DNA of 61,339 nt, filler included, from 5 parts of 5 records of this genome joined end to end with filler, not necessarily neighbours in it; one strand, 5' to 3'; shown: positions 18,749 through 27,266, counted from the first letter of the whole stretch. Program-made: numbers and translations. The notes: a model not told the origin generated them from the sequence alone.

Positions 18749-20037
18749 TATGCAGCCGCCAATTGAATGTCGTTCAAGATGCGAGTTTGCACCGGACGCG
18801 CCACCGTCTGATCCATCGTTGCAAGCGCTGTAATCCGCAGCCCGCCTGATTGTGCATCGGTGTACACATCACGGATCAGATCCACCGCGCCCCATGTGCC
18901 GACAAAGACAGGTGCAACGCCGCCGGTAGACGTGGACAGGATCATGCTAGTGGCCAAGGGATCACCAGAAGGGGCAGGCAAGCCATTCGACGTGACATTG
19001 ATGTTTTGCGGGAATGTCCCGGTGACACCACGCCCAGCCAAAAGGAATGCAAGTCGATAGTATTCAGTCGTTTGCGTGACTGTGTTCAACGTGCCTTCCA
19101 GCTTGCCGAACAATTCCGGCCGCATCAGAGCGCGAATCTGCCCCGGCGATGTAATCGCGTTCGACGTCATGAACGCCACAACCTCATCCAGAAAGTTCTG
19201 GTACGTCGGTTCGTCACTCACATCGGTTTCAGTGATGCCGTAAGTCGATGCACCTGTGACAATGCCCAGAGGTTCGCCACCGGACCCCGCGCCCATAAAG
19301 ATCGCACGATCCATTTCTTGTGCCATCGCCCCGTTCATGTCTCGACGCACGGCCTGTTCAAGCGCAGCGCCCGATTGTTTGAGCGCCTTGCGGCTGATCC
19401 GCATTTGAATGCCCATCGTGTGATCGGGCTTCATGGCACGGTCAGTGGTGGTGTACTGAGTCGGGCCAGCGACGTTGCCGCCCTCAGTTGATGCCCAGCC
19501 TGCCGAGACGCTGGAAGTCGTCACCGGCCACTCGATTTCGCCGGACCCGATGCTGATCATCTGTGCGCCCATCTTTGCGGCCACACTGTCAGGAAACAGG
19601 CGGTCGATGATCGGGCGGGTCTGGATCGGGTCAGGTGTGCCACTGGACACCGTGTTGCGCACCTCAAGTGCATCCCAAGGAACCGGTATGCCGCGATATC
19701 CCCCTTGGCTGCGCAGCTCAGAAACGATTTCTTGCGTGCGGCCATCCAGTGCGCGGCCCTCATCAAGATTCAGCGCAACCTGGCGCATCTCGAAACCGGC
19801 CATCATGTCCGACCATTCTTTGTCAGAACGGGTTTCCAGTTCGGCCCCGGCGTCCCGGCGTTCCTCATCCTCAGACACCAGAGCGGCACGATACTGCACC
19901 TCTTTGGCCCGATATTCGGTATCCAGTTCGCCCATCTTGCGGGTTTCGTCCTCAGATGGCTTTTCGATGTTCGCCAGTTCCGACAGCGATTGACGGATTT
20001 CAGAGCGGCGCAGTTCCAGCTTTTTAGATGTCAGCAT
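18748..20037 (-). CDS. major capsid protein, HK97 fold with N-terminal delta domain
   Basis: Coiled-coil N-terminus; AGWASTEG, ISRKALKQS, DRAIFMGAG...PLGI. Confidence 0.9.
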   Translation of the reverse strand: MLTSKKLELRRSEIRQSLSELANIEKPSEDETRKMGELDTEYRAKEVQYRAALVSEDEERRDAGAELETRSDKEWSDMMAGFEMRQVALNLDEGRALDGRTQEIVSELRSQGGYRGIPVPWDALEVRNTVSSGTPDPIQTRPIIDRLFPDSVAAKMGAQMISIGSGEIEWPVTTSSVSAGWASTEGGNVAGPTQYTTTDRAMKPDHTMGIQMRISRKALKQSGAALEQAVRRDMNGAMAQEMDRAIFMGAGSGGEPLGIVTGASTYGITETDVSDEPTYQNFLDEVVAFMTSNAITSPGQIRALMRPELFGKLEGTLNTVTQTTEYYRLAFLLAGRGVTGTFPQNINVTSNGLPAPSGDPLATSMILSTSTGGVAPVFVGTWGAVDLIRDVYTDAQSGGLRITALATMDQTVARPVQTRILNDIQLAAA

Positions 20038-20353
20038 TTGTTTTTCCTTTCATGCTCGACAGAAGGTCACGCCATTGCTGGCGCTTTGGAGAAAGCGGGG
20101 TGTGACCCACTTCCAATCTCGTTTTGCGCGCATGACAGCGCCCGCAGAGAATTTGTAAATTCGACAGGGTGTAAGACAGGTCAGGCCGATCCCGGACGGG
20201 CAGAACGTGGTCACATTCCAGCCGCCGCCGTTCGCCGCACTGAACGCACTGCCAGCCGTCACGGTCCAGCGCCTGCATCCGCAGAGCCTTCCAGCGCGGC
20301 CCGCGTGTGACCTTGGCAGAGTGCCGCTTGTATTCGTCGCGCAGCCTGCTCAT
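20024..20353 (-). CDS. HNH endonuclease (HK97 gp74-like packaging factor)
   Basis: RW..LR...L.RD...CVQC, DHVLP, NLQILCGRCHARKT. Confidence 0.92.
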   Translation of the reverse strand: MSRLRDEYKRHSAKVTRGPRWKALRMQALDRDGWQCVQCGERRRLECDHVLPVRDRPDLSYTLSNLQILCGRCHARKTRLEVGHTPLSPKRQQWRDLLSSMKGKTNADI

Positions 20354-20700
20354 GCCGTCACCTGCATGTCGTAACAGATCGTCACGCCGTCCGGCCCAAG
20401 GATGCCAACCCGCTTGATCTCATAGGTCTTGCCACCGATCACCAGCGTGTCAGACTTCATTGGCACCACATCCGCCACGGCCATGAACACGCGCAGATCA
20501 GAAACTCCGATCAGGGTGCCGTCCATGTCCTCGATGCTGTATTCAGTCACCGCGACCACCACCGGATATTCCAGCGGTTCATTCGGTTCGGCGGGTGGAT
20601 CGTCCCACGGATTTTGCGGTTCGTCCGGTTCGGTGGACGGTTTCACCAGCGTTGCCGCCTGCCCGAAACGATTGATCAGTTTCGTGGCTGTTTGCGTCAT
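20350..20700 (-). CDS. putative head-closure/head-completion protein
   Basis: ~116 aa, beta-rich; LINRFG, DGTLI..D, DTLVIGGKTYEI; coupled to terL and HNH. Confidence 0.55.
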   Translation of the reverse strand: MTQTATKLINRFGQAATLVKPSTEPDEPQNPWDDPPAEPNEPLEYPVVVAVTEYSIEDMDGTLIGVSDLRVFMAVADVVPMKSDTLVIGGKTYEIKRVGILGPDGVTICYDMQVTA

Positions 20701-22232
20701 TACCCCCATGCCAGTCGTCCTTTCGCTTGTGTTGGTGCGTGGCTCATTCGGACACCCTGAGCGACGGCCAGAACCGTCGCTGCAACCGGATCAATCCGAC
20801 CCGTAGAGCGGCCAGCGGCCAGCTTGTGATTGCCCGCCGGATCAACCAGCGTGATTGCGTCGGAAAATGCAGAGCGCAGCAGCAGCGACGGCATGGCCTT
20901 CACCTCGCCCTCGAACACGGCACGGCGCAGGCGTTCGCAATCCTCAGAGCCGTCTTTCCATCCGAACCCGCGCCAGATGAACGGCACCCGATCAAGGCCC
21001 GCATCGCGCAGAGCCTCTAGAAATTCAGCGTGGCGGAACCTGTCACCAACGATTGCCACCGGGCTTTGCCCGTCCAGCTTGGTCACAACGTCAGCCATGA
21101 ACCGGGCGACCGGCACAGTTGCGTCACCCATCGTCACCAGTTCGCCACGGTCAGCCATTTCAATGTACCTCTGGCCCACGCCGTCAGCCTGCCCACGATC
21201 CCCAAGACCGGGCTTGCAAGGGAAAGCCCCGACACATTCCAGCCGTGACGTTTCGGGCCAGTACATCGCCGCCGCAGACATTGACCGCGACCCGCCGAGG
21301 TCGATGCCCAGAACAACAGGCCCGGAACGTGGGGGCAGATCGTCGGGCGATACCTCGCAGGACAGCCATTCATCGACGGTCAACAACACCGACCGGTTGT
21401 CAGAGGCGACCCGTTCATTGCGATTAAGGTTTCGGAAGCTGGACAGTGCAGAGCCGCCCCGTGCGATTGCCCGCCGCGCCTGCGCCACCAGCCATTCCGC
21501 AGAGGGGCCAATACCCTCAGACGCGCCGGGGTTCGCCACCAGCAGGCTTGCCAGATCGTCAGGCGGCAAGCCGGGGTCAGGGCGATGTTCTTGCACATAA
21601 GTGCCGGGCGGCGGTTCATCCATCCAGCGTGAAAACGTGTTCGCATCGTCGGGGGCGGATGTGCTGATAATCAAGGCGCGGCCATCGCGCTTGCCCAGCC
21701 CGGACAGGATGGCGTTTTCCAGCGCGTCACCCTTGTCTCGTTCCCATGCAGCACGTTCATCTAGGATTGCCAGCGTCGGCGCACCGCCGAGAATAGACTT
21801 GCCGTCAGCCGCAATCACCCGCGCAAGCCCGCCGCCGTTCTCAGAGGTTTCGACTTCCAGCTTTGACCCGCGCCGGATCGTGAATTGTTCCTGTTCGTTC
21901 TCTGGCAAGCCCTCGATGAAACCCAAGAGGAACCCGAAGGCCGTCTTGGCTTGGTCCCGGTTCCGAGCCGCAAAGATGATTTCACGTTTCGGTTGCGGTG
22001 CAATTTCGCCCATCAGATGCCCTAGAGCGATGCCTGCCGACAGACTGGTTTTCGCGTTGCCGCGACCGATCGACAGAATGCCCGCTTCGATGCCCTTGGC
22101 GAACGCCCCCCGCACGAAGTCTTTCTGATATGTCGCCAGTTTGACCCGCTTGCCCGCCAACCGACCCTCAGGAACGATCAGCTTGGGAAGGAAACGCAGC
22201 GCCGCCGATGCCTCTTTGGATGCCCTAACCAT
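20700..22232 (-). CDS. terL: terminase large subunit
   Basis: YQ motif, Walker A GRGNAKT, Walker B AILDE, IISTS motif III, GIDLG nuclease motif, RIDP. Confidence 0.92.
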   Translation of the reverse strand: MVRASKEASAALRFLPKLIVPEGRLAGKRVKLATYQKDFVRGAFAKGIEAGILSIGRGNAKTSLSAGIALGHLMGEIAPQPKREIIFAARNRDQAKTAFGFLLGFIEGLPENEQEQFTIRRGSKLEVETSENGGGLARVIAADGKSILGGAPTLAILDERAAWERDKGDALENAILSGLGKRDGRALIISTSAPDDANTFSRWMDEPPPGTYVQEHRPDPGLPPDDLASLLVANPGASEGIGPSAEWLVAQARRAIARGGSALSSFRNLNRNERVASDNRSVLLTVDEWLSCEVSPDDLPPRSGPVVLGIDLGGSRSMSAAAMYWPETSRLECVGAFPCKPGLGDRGQADGVGQRYIEMADRGELVTMGDATVPVARFMADVVTKLDGQSPVAIVGDRFRHAEFLEALRDAGLDRVPFIWRGFGWKDGSEDCERLRRAVFEGEVKAMPSLLLRSAFSDAITLVDPAGNHKLAAGRSTGRIDPVAATVLAVAQGVRMSHAPTQAKGRLAWG

Positions 22233-22235
22233 GAT

Positions 22236-22320
22236 TTTTCCCCCAAATTTTTGGGAGAGAGAAAGCAAGACCCCCCACCGCGACCGCAGCCCCTCCCCAA
22301 AAGGGGAGCATTGGGACCTT
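22236..22320 (-). other. putative cos/packaging site
   Basis: GGGGAGGGG..CGCGGTGGGGGG..CTTTCTCTCTCCCAAAAATTT directly upstream of terL; resembles cos regions of HNH-dependent phages (from memory). Confidence 0.45.
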
Positions 22321-22424
22321 ATATGGCGTTGAAGTCAGAGAGAAATTTCCTTCTATGGGATACTGATCTGTCGTCACGACGATCTCCAATATTATACATG
22401 AGTTAGCGTTATGTTGTAACAACT

Positions 22425-22842
22425 ATTTTTCTAGACATACTCCCGCACCCGCTACTGTCCCCCTCTACACAAGGATTAGTTCCTTGCTCGGCTGACAGTC
22501 CTACCTTCCTGATCCGTATCCACGCGATGCCCTGTATCGGGGGCCAGCCGCTGTCCCGCTGGGTTCTCTCCAGCCCCGTCCTTTGCAGCCTTGCGCCGGT
22601 ACGGTCCCCGCACTGAGGCGGTGGGTTTCTTAGTCGCGTTTCTGAGCGGCCTAGTAGGCACTGGTTCCGCTCGGAGTGGGTTAAAAGTTCCCGGATCATA
22701 TCCCCGCCGATTTCGCTCGACGGTCAAAAGCTAGAACGTGGCCCGCGTCCGGTGATGTGCCCCTATGGGTATGCTCACTATGAACGCGGGCTGTTGCTTC
22801 ACCCGTGACGCGACTGCCGCTCTACAGCAGCGCCACGGGCGG
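22425..22842 (-). ncRNA. candidate large structured RNA / replication origin region
   Basis: Continuous series of hairpins; no credible protein ORF. Confidence 0.45.
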
Positions 22843-23094
22843 TTAGCTTTCGATCAAGTCGAAGTCGCCCCCATCGTCGCTGTCAGGCGCGAACAGGTCA
22901 TTGACCAACCCGTGCATGACAGACAGTTGTTTCGTGGAAGGGGTCCAGCCCCGGCGGCGCGACTGTCCTATGACGGACTTCGCAAAGTTCTTGGACCATT
23001 CGTCAGTAGCCAAGCGGGCGACGGTCGGCATGTGATAGATCAGGCGGTCCACTTCATCATCGGCCTGGAAGGGTTTGCGGTGTTGATACGTCAT
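22843..23094 (-). CDS. hypothetical protein (83 aa; DEWSKNFAKSV..Q.RRRGWTPSTKQ)
   Basis: GAGG RBS, ATGA coupling. Confidence 0.7.
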   Translation of the reverse strand: MTYQHRKPFQADDEVDRLIYHMPTVARLATDEWSKNFAKSVIGQSRRRGWTPSTKQLSVMHGLVNDLFAPDSDDGGDFDLIES

Positions 23095-23360
23095 GCCAGC
23101 ACCTCCCCATCCAGAACCCCGAACAGAGCCATAGAGGCCGCGCGATATGCGGTGTCGTCGTCCAGGGTGACCAGAGCCGCGCAGGCCAGCGCCTCGCGCT
23201 CCCCTACGGTCAGACGTGCGGTCAGGACGGTTACGAACCCTTCCCAAGCCTCGGAGTTCGCCACGGTCAGGACGTACCCGAATGCTTTAGCTGCCCGCTT
23301 GTGACGATCCTCTGCGAACAGGTTCATGGCGTTGGGGCGGGGAATGTGGTGGATGCTCAT
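23091..23360 (-). CDS. hypothetical protein (89 aa)
   Basis: ATGA coupling at both ends. Confidence 0.65.
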   Translation of the reverse strand: MSIHHIPRPNAMNLFAEDRHKRAAKAFGYVLTVANSEAWEGFVTVLTARLTVGEREALACAALVTLDDDTAYRAASMALFGVLDGEVLA

Positions 23361-23575
23361 GCCGACTTCCCCCCGATCTTGAAGGGACGCTTGGTCAAAC
23401 CGGCAGTTACCTTTGCATCAGCGATTGCCGATTCACGGCAGGACCAGCGGCGCAGGCGTGTCTTGAGGCTCTTGCCGGGGCAAGGCGTGATCAGCACCAC
23501 GTCGAAGTAGCGGCCCGCCTTATTCACGGTGTAGTAGCTGGTCGCCGCCGTGGGCAGCTTGGTGATGTTGCTCAT
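23357..23575 (-). CDS. hypothetical basic protein (72 aa, MSNITKLPTAA...)
   Basis: ATGA coupling at both ends. Confidence 0.65.
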   Translation of the reverse strand: MSNITKLPTAATSYYTVNKAGRYFDVVLITPCPGKSLKTRLRRWSCRESAIADAKVTAGLTKRPFKIGGKSA

Positions 23576-23840
23576 GCCGCCACCCCGCAGAAATGCCGCA
23601 GGATAATTGCTGGCGCTCCGGCCCATTCCGGGCTATCGTTGCCGGGAAACTCGACCGTTTCTTTACTGCCCTTTACGCCGTTGAACCCTGCAAGGTTCGC
23701 GGCGTTTTTTTTTGCCGGTGTCCGGTTGGGCAAACCGGAATTTTCCCCAATGCTTTCAATGGGGCTGATTTGGTAGGTTGGGATTCCCAACCCGTTGTTA
23801 TCTTTAGGGTAATTTTGCCCCCCTACGGGCTGCCACTTGT
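23572..23840 (-). CDS. att-split ORF: 3' part of a 90-aa frame whose RBS and ATG lie at the other end of the element (13238-13226)
   Basis: In-frame join across the att core in the reconstructed attP; stop coupled (ATGA) to the next gene. Confidence 0.55.
23820..23840 (+). repeat. att core, distal copy
   Basis: Identical 21 bp to 13204-13224. Confidence 0.95.
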
Positions 23841-23900
23841 TCTTCCCTCCACAATTGAGACGCGCACGCCCCCAGGGGCGCGAAATAATGCGCGTCACAC

Positions 23901-24926
23901 CTACCCCGCTTGCTGCGAGGTTGGCTCGTTCGTGTCCAGGCCGCGGCGCAGTGCCGGGCTGTAGAAGGTCTGGCGGCCCCGCCCTGCCCGTTTCGAGGCA
24001 TAGAGCGCCACATCCACGTCATCGAGCAGGCTGCGCATGTCCGCACCCGATCCGGGCTCAAAGAACACGGTGCCGATGCTGGCCGAAATGCAGCAATCGT
24101 TGCCCTCGAACGGCATCGGCACCTCGAGCCGTTTGATCAGGCGGCTGCCGATGCGGCGCAGGGCGGGGATGTCGCGCACGTCAGGCAGGACGATCACGAA
24201 TTCATCGCCGCCCAATCGCGCCACCGTGTCTTCGCTGCGGGTTTCGTCCACCATGATTCGGGCCACGGTTTGCAGCACATGGTCGCCCGCCGCATGGCCC
24301 AGCGTGTCATTGACCAGTTTGAAGAAATCCAGGTCCAGTTGCATCAGCGCAAACTGCGTGCCCCGTTCCAGCGCGCGCGCCATGACGTGATCCATCGCGC
24401 GGCGGTTTTTCAGCCCCGTCAGCGTGTCGGTGAACGCCTGTTCCTCGGCGGCGATCATCGCCCCCTGCAGGCGCAGGTTCAGCTTGCGCCAGGCTTCCAT
24501 CGCGGTTGATTTCGCCTCGACCAGATAGAGCATTTCCGTGGCCAGGTCCGTGGGAGCGAAATCGGCATGGGTCAGGTCATAGGTGCGCACTCCGTCCACC
24601 ACCGAGATGCCAAAGGACAGGTTCACGATCAGCACCCCGTCGGGCCCGCAGGCCACGGCCACGCCCTTGAGTTCGGTCACCGGAGAATCGCGCAGTTGCA
24701 GGTGCAGCTTGATCCCCGCACTGTCGCGCAGGTCGTTCATGCTGGTCACGGTGCGCGGCCGTTTCAGGGCAAACACCTCGAGAAATCGGGCGCCGACCCA
24801 GTCCAGATCGGGGCGCAGTTTGCGCAGGGTGTCGCCCACGTGGATAATGTGGCCCGTGTGATTGATCATCACATGCATCGGGCACAGCACGTCCAGCACG
24901 TCGGACATGTTGTCCGGGCCGGTCAC
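23901..24926 (-). CDS. diguanylate cyclase with N-terminal PAS/HNOBA-like domain
   Basis: TDTLTGLKNRR, DLDFFK..ND..GH, RLGGDEF. Confidence 0.9.
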   Translation of the reverse strand: MTGPDNMSDVLDVLCPMHVMINHTGHIIHVGDTLRKLRPDLDWVGARFLEVFALKRPRTVTSMNDLRDSAGIKLHLQLRDSPVTELKGVAVACGPDGVLIVNLSFGISVVDGVRTYDLTHADFAPTDLATEMLYLVEAKSTAMEAWRKLNLRLQGAMIAAEEQAFTDTLTGLKNRRAMDHVMARALERGTQFALMQLDLDFFKLVNDTLGHAAGDHVLQTVARIMVDETRSEDTVARLGGDEFVIVLPDVRDIPALRRIGSRLIKRLEVPMPFEGNDCCISASIGTVFFEPGSGADMRSLLDDVDVALYASKRAGRGRQTFYSPALRRGLDTNEPTSQQAG

Positions 24927-25510
24927 AGGGCACCCGCGCCCAGGGCGAACCGGCGTCCTTCGGCAAACTCGGTTTCCACAAGCCGGATCGACACCGTTTC
25001 CATGCCCAGCGCGCCGCCCTCGAACTCCAGCAGGGCCAGCACGCCATAATCATCGGCCATGGTGCGCAACAGCCCCATCATCACATGGCCGAAGCTGGGA
25101 ATGCTGGTGCCGCAGATCAGGCCGAAATGCGTGGCGGAATATTCGTGCAGTTCGATATGCGGCAGGATCAGATCGCTGACCGCGAGGCGCGCGCGGTCTT
25201 GCAGATCGTCCAGCGAATGCAGAAGTTCGACAAAGGACACGCCACCAAAGCGCATCAGCCGCCGCAACCCTTCGGTGTTGGGATGGCTGACCAGATATGT
25301 GCCCACGTCCTCCATCAGGTCGGCCTCGCACCGGTTCAGCACCGTGCCCACCGCCGCGATCACCTGCGGCGCCAGCACGTCGTCATAGATCAGCATCGGT
25401 TCGAATTCGACAAAGCCCAGATCGGCCAGAGTTGCAGCCTCTGCCCATTTGTCGGGACCGTAGCTGTCGGTCACAAAGCATTCGATTGCGCGATAAATTA
25501 ACCCATGCAT
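24923..25510 (-). CDS. H-NOX (heme NO-binding) domain protein, atypical
   Basis: MHGLI..F....YG...W, YDD, LRRLMRFGG; translationally coupled to the DGC. Confidence 0.85.
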   Translation of the reverse strand: MHGLIYRAIECFVTDSYGPDKWAEAATLADLGFVEFEPMLIYDDVLAPQVIAAVGTVLNRCEADLMEDVGTYLVSHPNTEGLRRLMRFGGVSFVELLHSLDDLQDRARLAVSDLILPHIELHEYSATHFGLICGTSIPSFGHVMMGLLRTMADDYGVLALLEFEGGALGMETVSIRLVETEFAEGRRFALGAGAL

Positions 25511-25615
25511 GATTTTCTCTTTCCCATTCCCGCAACCGTTATGGCGGGCAAAGGTTAAGATGCCGCAAATAGTTAAGATGTGAGCTTTATTGCTGCTTGC
25601 GGGGGACGCGAGATT

Positions 25616-27172
25616 TCAGAAGTCGGTCGGCGCACCGCCTTCGGATTTGCGACGGGCGACAAAGTCGGACAGTTCCGCGCGAATGGCGTCGTCCATGGGC
25701 TGCTCTTGGAAATTGGCGATGATGTCCTTGAAGATGTGGTGCGCCCGCTCAGGTGTCCAGACGCTGCCCGCAGCCTCCCAGGCTTCGTAGTTTTTCCAAT
25801 CACTTAGGAAGGGTTGGTAAAAGGCGGTCGCATAGCGGTCCTGCGTGTGCTGGATGCCAAAGAAATGGCCCGCGCTGCCCACCGACCTGATCGCATCCAG
25901 CGCGATGTCCTCCGGTCCTGTGGCCCAGAGGGCGGGGTCCAGATACCGCTGGATCTGTTGCAGCACTTCGCAGTCCATGATGAATTTCTCGGGCGAGGCA
26001 ATCAATCCGCCCTCGAGCCAGCCTGCCGCGTGATAGACCATGTGCGACCCTGATTGCACCGCCGCCCAAAGGCTGTTCGAGGTTTCCCACATCGCCTGCC
26101 CGTCGGGCACGTTGGCGGCGCAGACCCCGCTGGAGCGCATCGGCAGCTTGTAGAACCGCGCCAGTTGCCCGGTCATCTGGGTCGCGCGCATGTATTCCGG
26201 CGTGCCAAAGGCCGGAGCCCCCGATTTCATGTCGACGTTCGAGGTAAAGGTGCCAATGGCGCAGGCGGCACCCGGACGGATGATCTGCGCCAGCACCACC
26301 GCGCACAGCGCCTCGGCCAGCGACTGTGCCACGGCCCCCGACATGGTGACCGGTGCCATCGCCCCCGCCAGCGTGAAAGGTGTCACCACCAGCCCCTGAT
26401 TGCGCCGCGCCAGACGCATCCAGCCGTCCAGCATCGGACCGTCATGCTTGAGCGGCGAAGTCGAGTTGATGTTGGTGTACATTTTGGGGCTGGCTTCGAA
26501 TTCGGCGTCGGTCCAGCCGCCTGAAATGCGCACCATTTCCATCACATCCTCGACCCGTTCAGTGCCCAGGCTGTAGGCGTGAGTGACTTTGTCCGTAAGC
26601 GTCAGCGTGTCATAGAGCACGTCCAGATGACGGACCGCGGCGTGGATATCCACCGGTTCGACCGGATAGCCGCCGTTGAAGTGGATGCAGTTGAAATACT
26701 GGCTGAGTTTCAACAGGTTCCGGCACATCTCGCGGGTGCCGGGCACCTTGCGGCCCAGTTCCATATCCCAATAGTTCGGCGGGCTGGACACGTTGCCAAA
26801 GTTCATGTGGCGGCCACCGATGGTGATGGCGCGGGCGGGATTGCGTGGGGTCAGGGTAAAGGTTTCGGGGGCAAGGGCCAGATATTCCATGACCATGTCG
26901 CGGCCCATGCGGACGTGTCCGCCATCAATCGTGCAACCTGCGGCGCGCAGGATGTCCAGCGCCTCGGGGTTCAGGAATTCGATCCCGATCTCTTCGAGAA
27001 TACGCATTGCGCCATCGTGGATGGCAAGAACCCCCTCTTCGCTCAGCGGCTCGACGGGGCGGTCCACCAGCAAGGGCGGGTTCCAGGGCATCTGGTCGAT
27101 CACCTCGCTGCCGCGCCGTTGGGCGGCACCTGCGCGACCACCGTTGCGAGGTCTGCGTGGGGCATCTGGCAT
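25616..27172 (-). CDS. trimethylamine methyltransferase (MttB) family protein, non-pyrrolysine
   Basis: NSTSPL, GAMAPVT, VDMKSGAPAFGTPE, HAAGWLEGGL; no in-frame amber codon. Confidence 0.9.
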   Translation of the reverse strand: MPDAPRRPRNGGRAGAAQRRGSEVIDQMPWNPPLLVDRPVEPLSEEGVLAIHDGAMRILEEIGIEFLNPEALDILRAAGCTIDGGHVRMGRDMVMEYLALAPETFTLTPRNPARAITIGGRHMNFGNVSSPPNYWDMELGRKVPGTREMCRNLLKLSQYFNCIHFNGGYPVEPVDIHAAVRHLDVLYDTLTLTDKVTHAYSLGTERVEDVMEMVRISGGWTDAEFEASPKMYTNINSTSPLKHDGPMLDGWMRLARRNQGLVVTPFTLAGAMAPVTMSGAVAQSLAEALCAVVLAQIIRPGAACAIGTFTSNVDMKSGAPAFGTPEYMRATQMTGQLARFYKLPMRSSGVCAANVPDGQAMWETSNSLWAAVQSGSHMVYHAAGWLEGGLIASPEKFIMDCEVLQQIQRYLDPALWATGPEDIALDAIRSVGSAGHFFGIQHTQDRYATAFYQPFLSDWKNYEAWEAAGSVWTPERAHHIFKDIIANFQEQPMDDAIRAELSDFVARRKSEGGAPTDF

Positions 27173-27266
27173 GGGGTCGTCCTTTGGGCTGCCTGAACCC
27201 AGCAAGCCCCGAAGGCGCGCGGCCTACCCTTCCGTTTGCGACAGTGCGCGTCGCTTTTGGGCAGGT

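Larger units (their letters stand above)
13204..23840. mobile_element. 10.6-kb capsid-forming phage satellite (cf-PICI-like) integrated at tRNA-Glu
   Basis: 21-bp direct repeats at both ends, tyrosine integrase next to the tRNA, head/packaging module, no tail or lysis genes. Confidence 0.85.

Noticed and set aside
22225-22727. ORF-track ORFs 22225-22422, 22409-22699 and 22476-22727 as TerS or Rep
   Set aside because: No convincing RBS, coupling or motifs; they overlap each other and the hairpin/cos-like DNA. Not formally excluded.
13204-23840. Interpretation as a full prophage, degraded prophage or GTA cluster
   Set aside because: Both att sites and all ORFs are intact and coupled, with no tail remnants. 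GTA clusters lack integrase/att sites and use portal-protease-capsid-tail order.
25616-27172. Pyrrolysine recoding in the MttB-family gene
   Set aside because: The frame is open with no internal TAG and no pyl genes are present.
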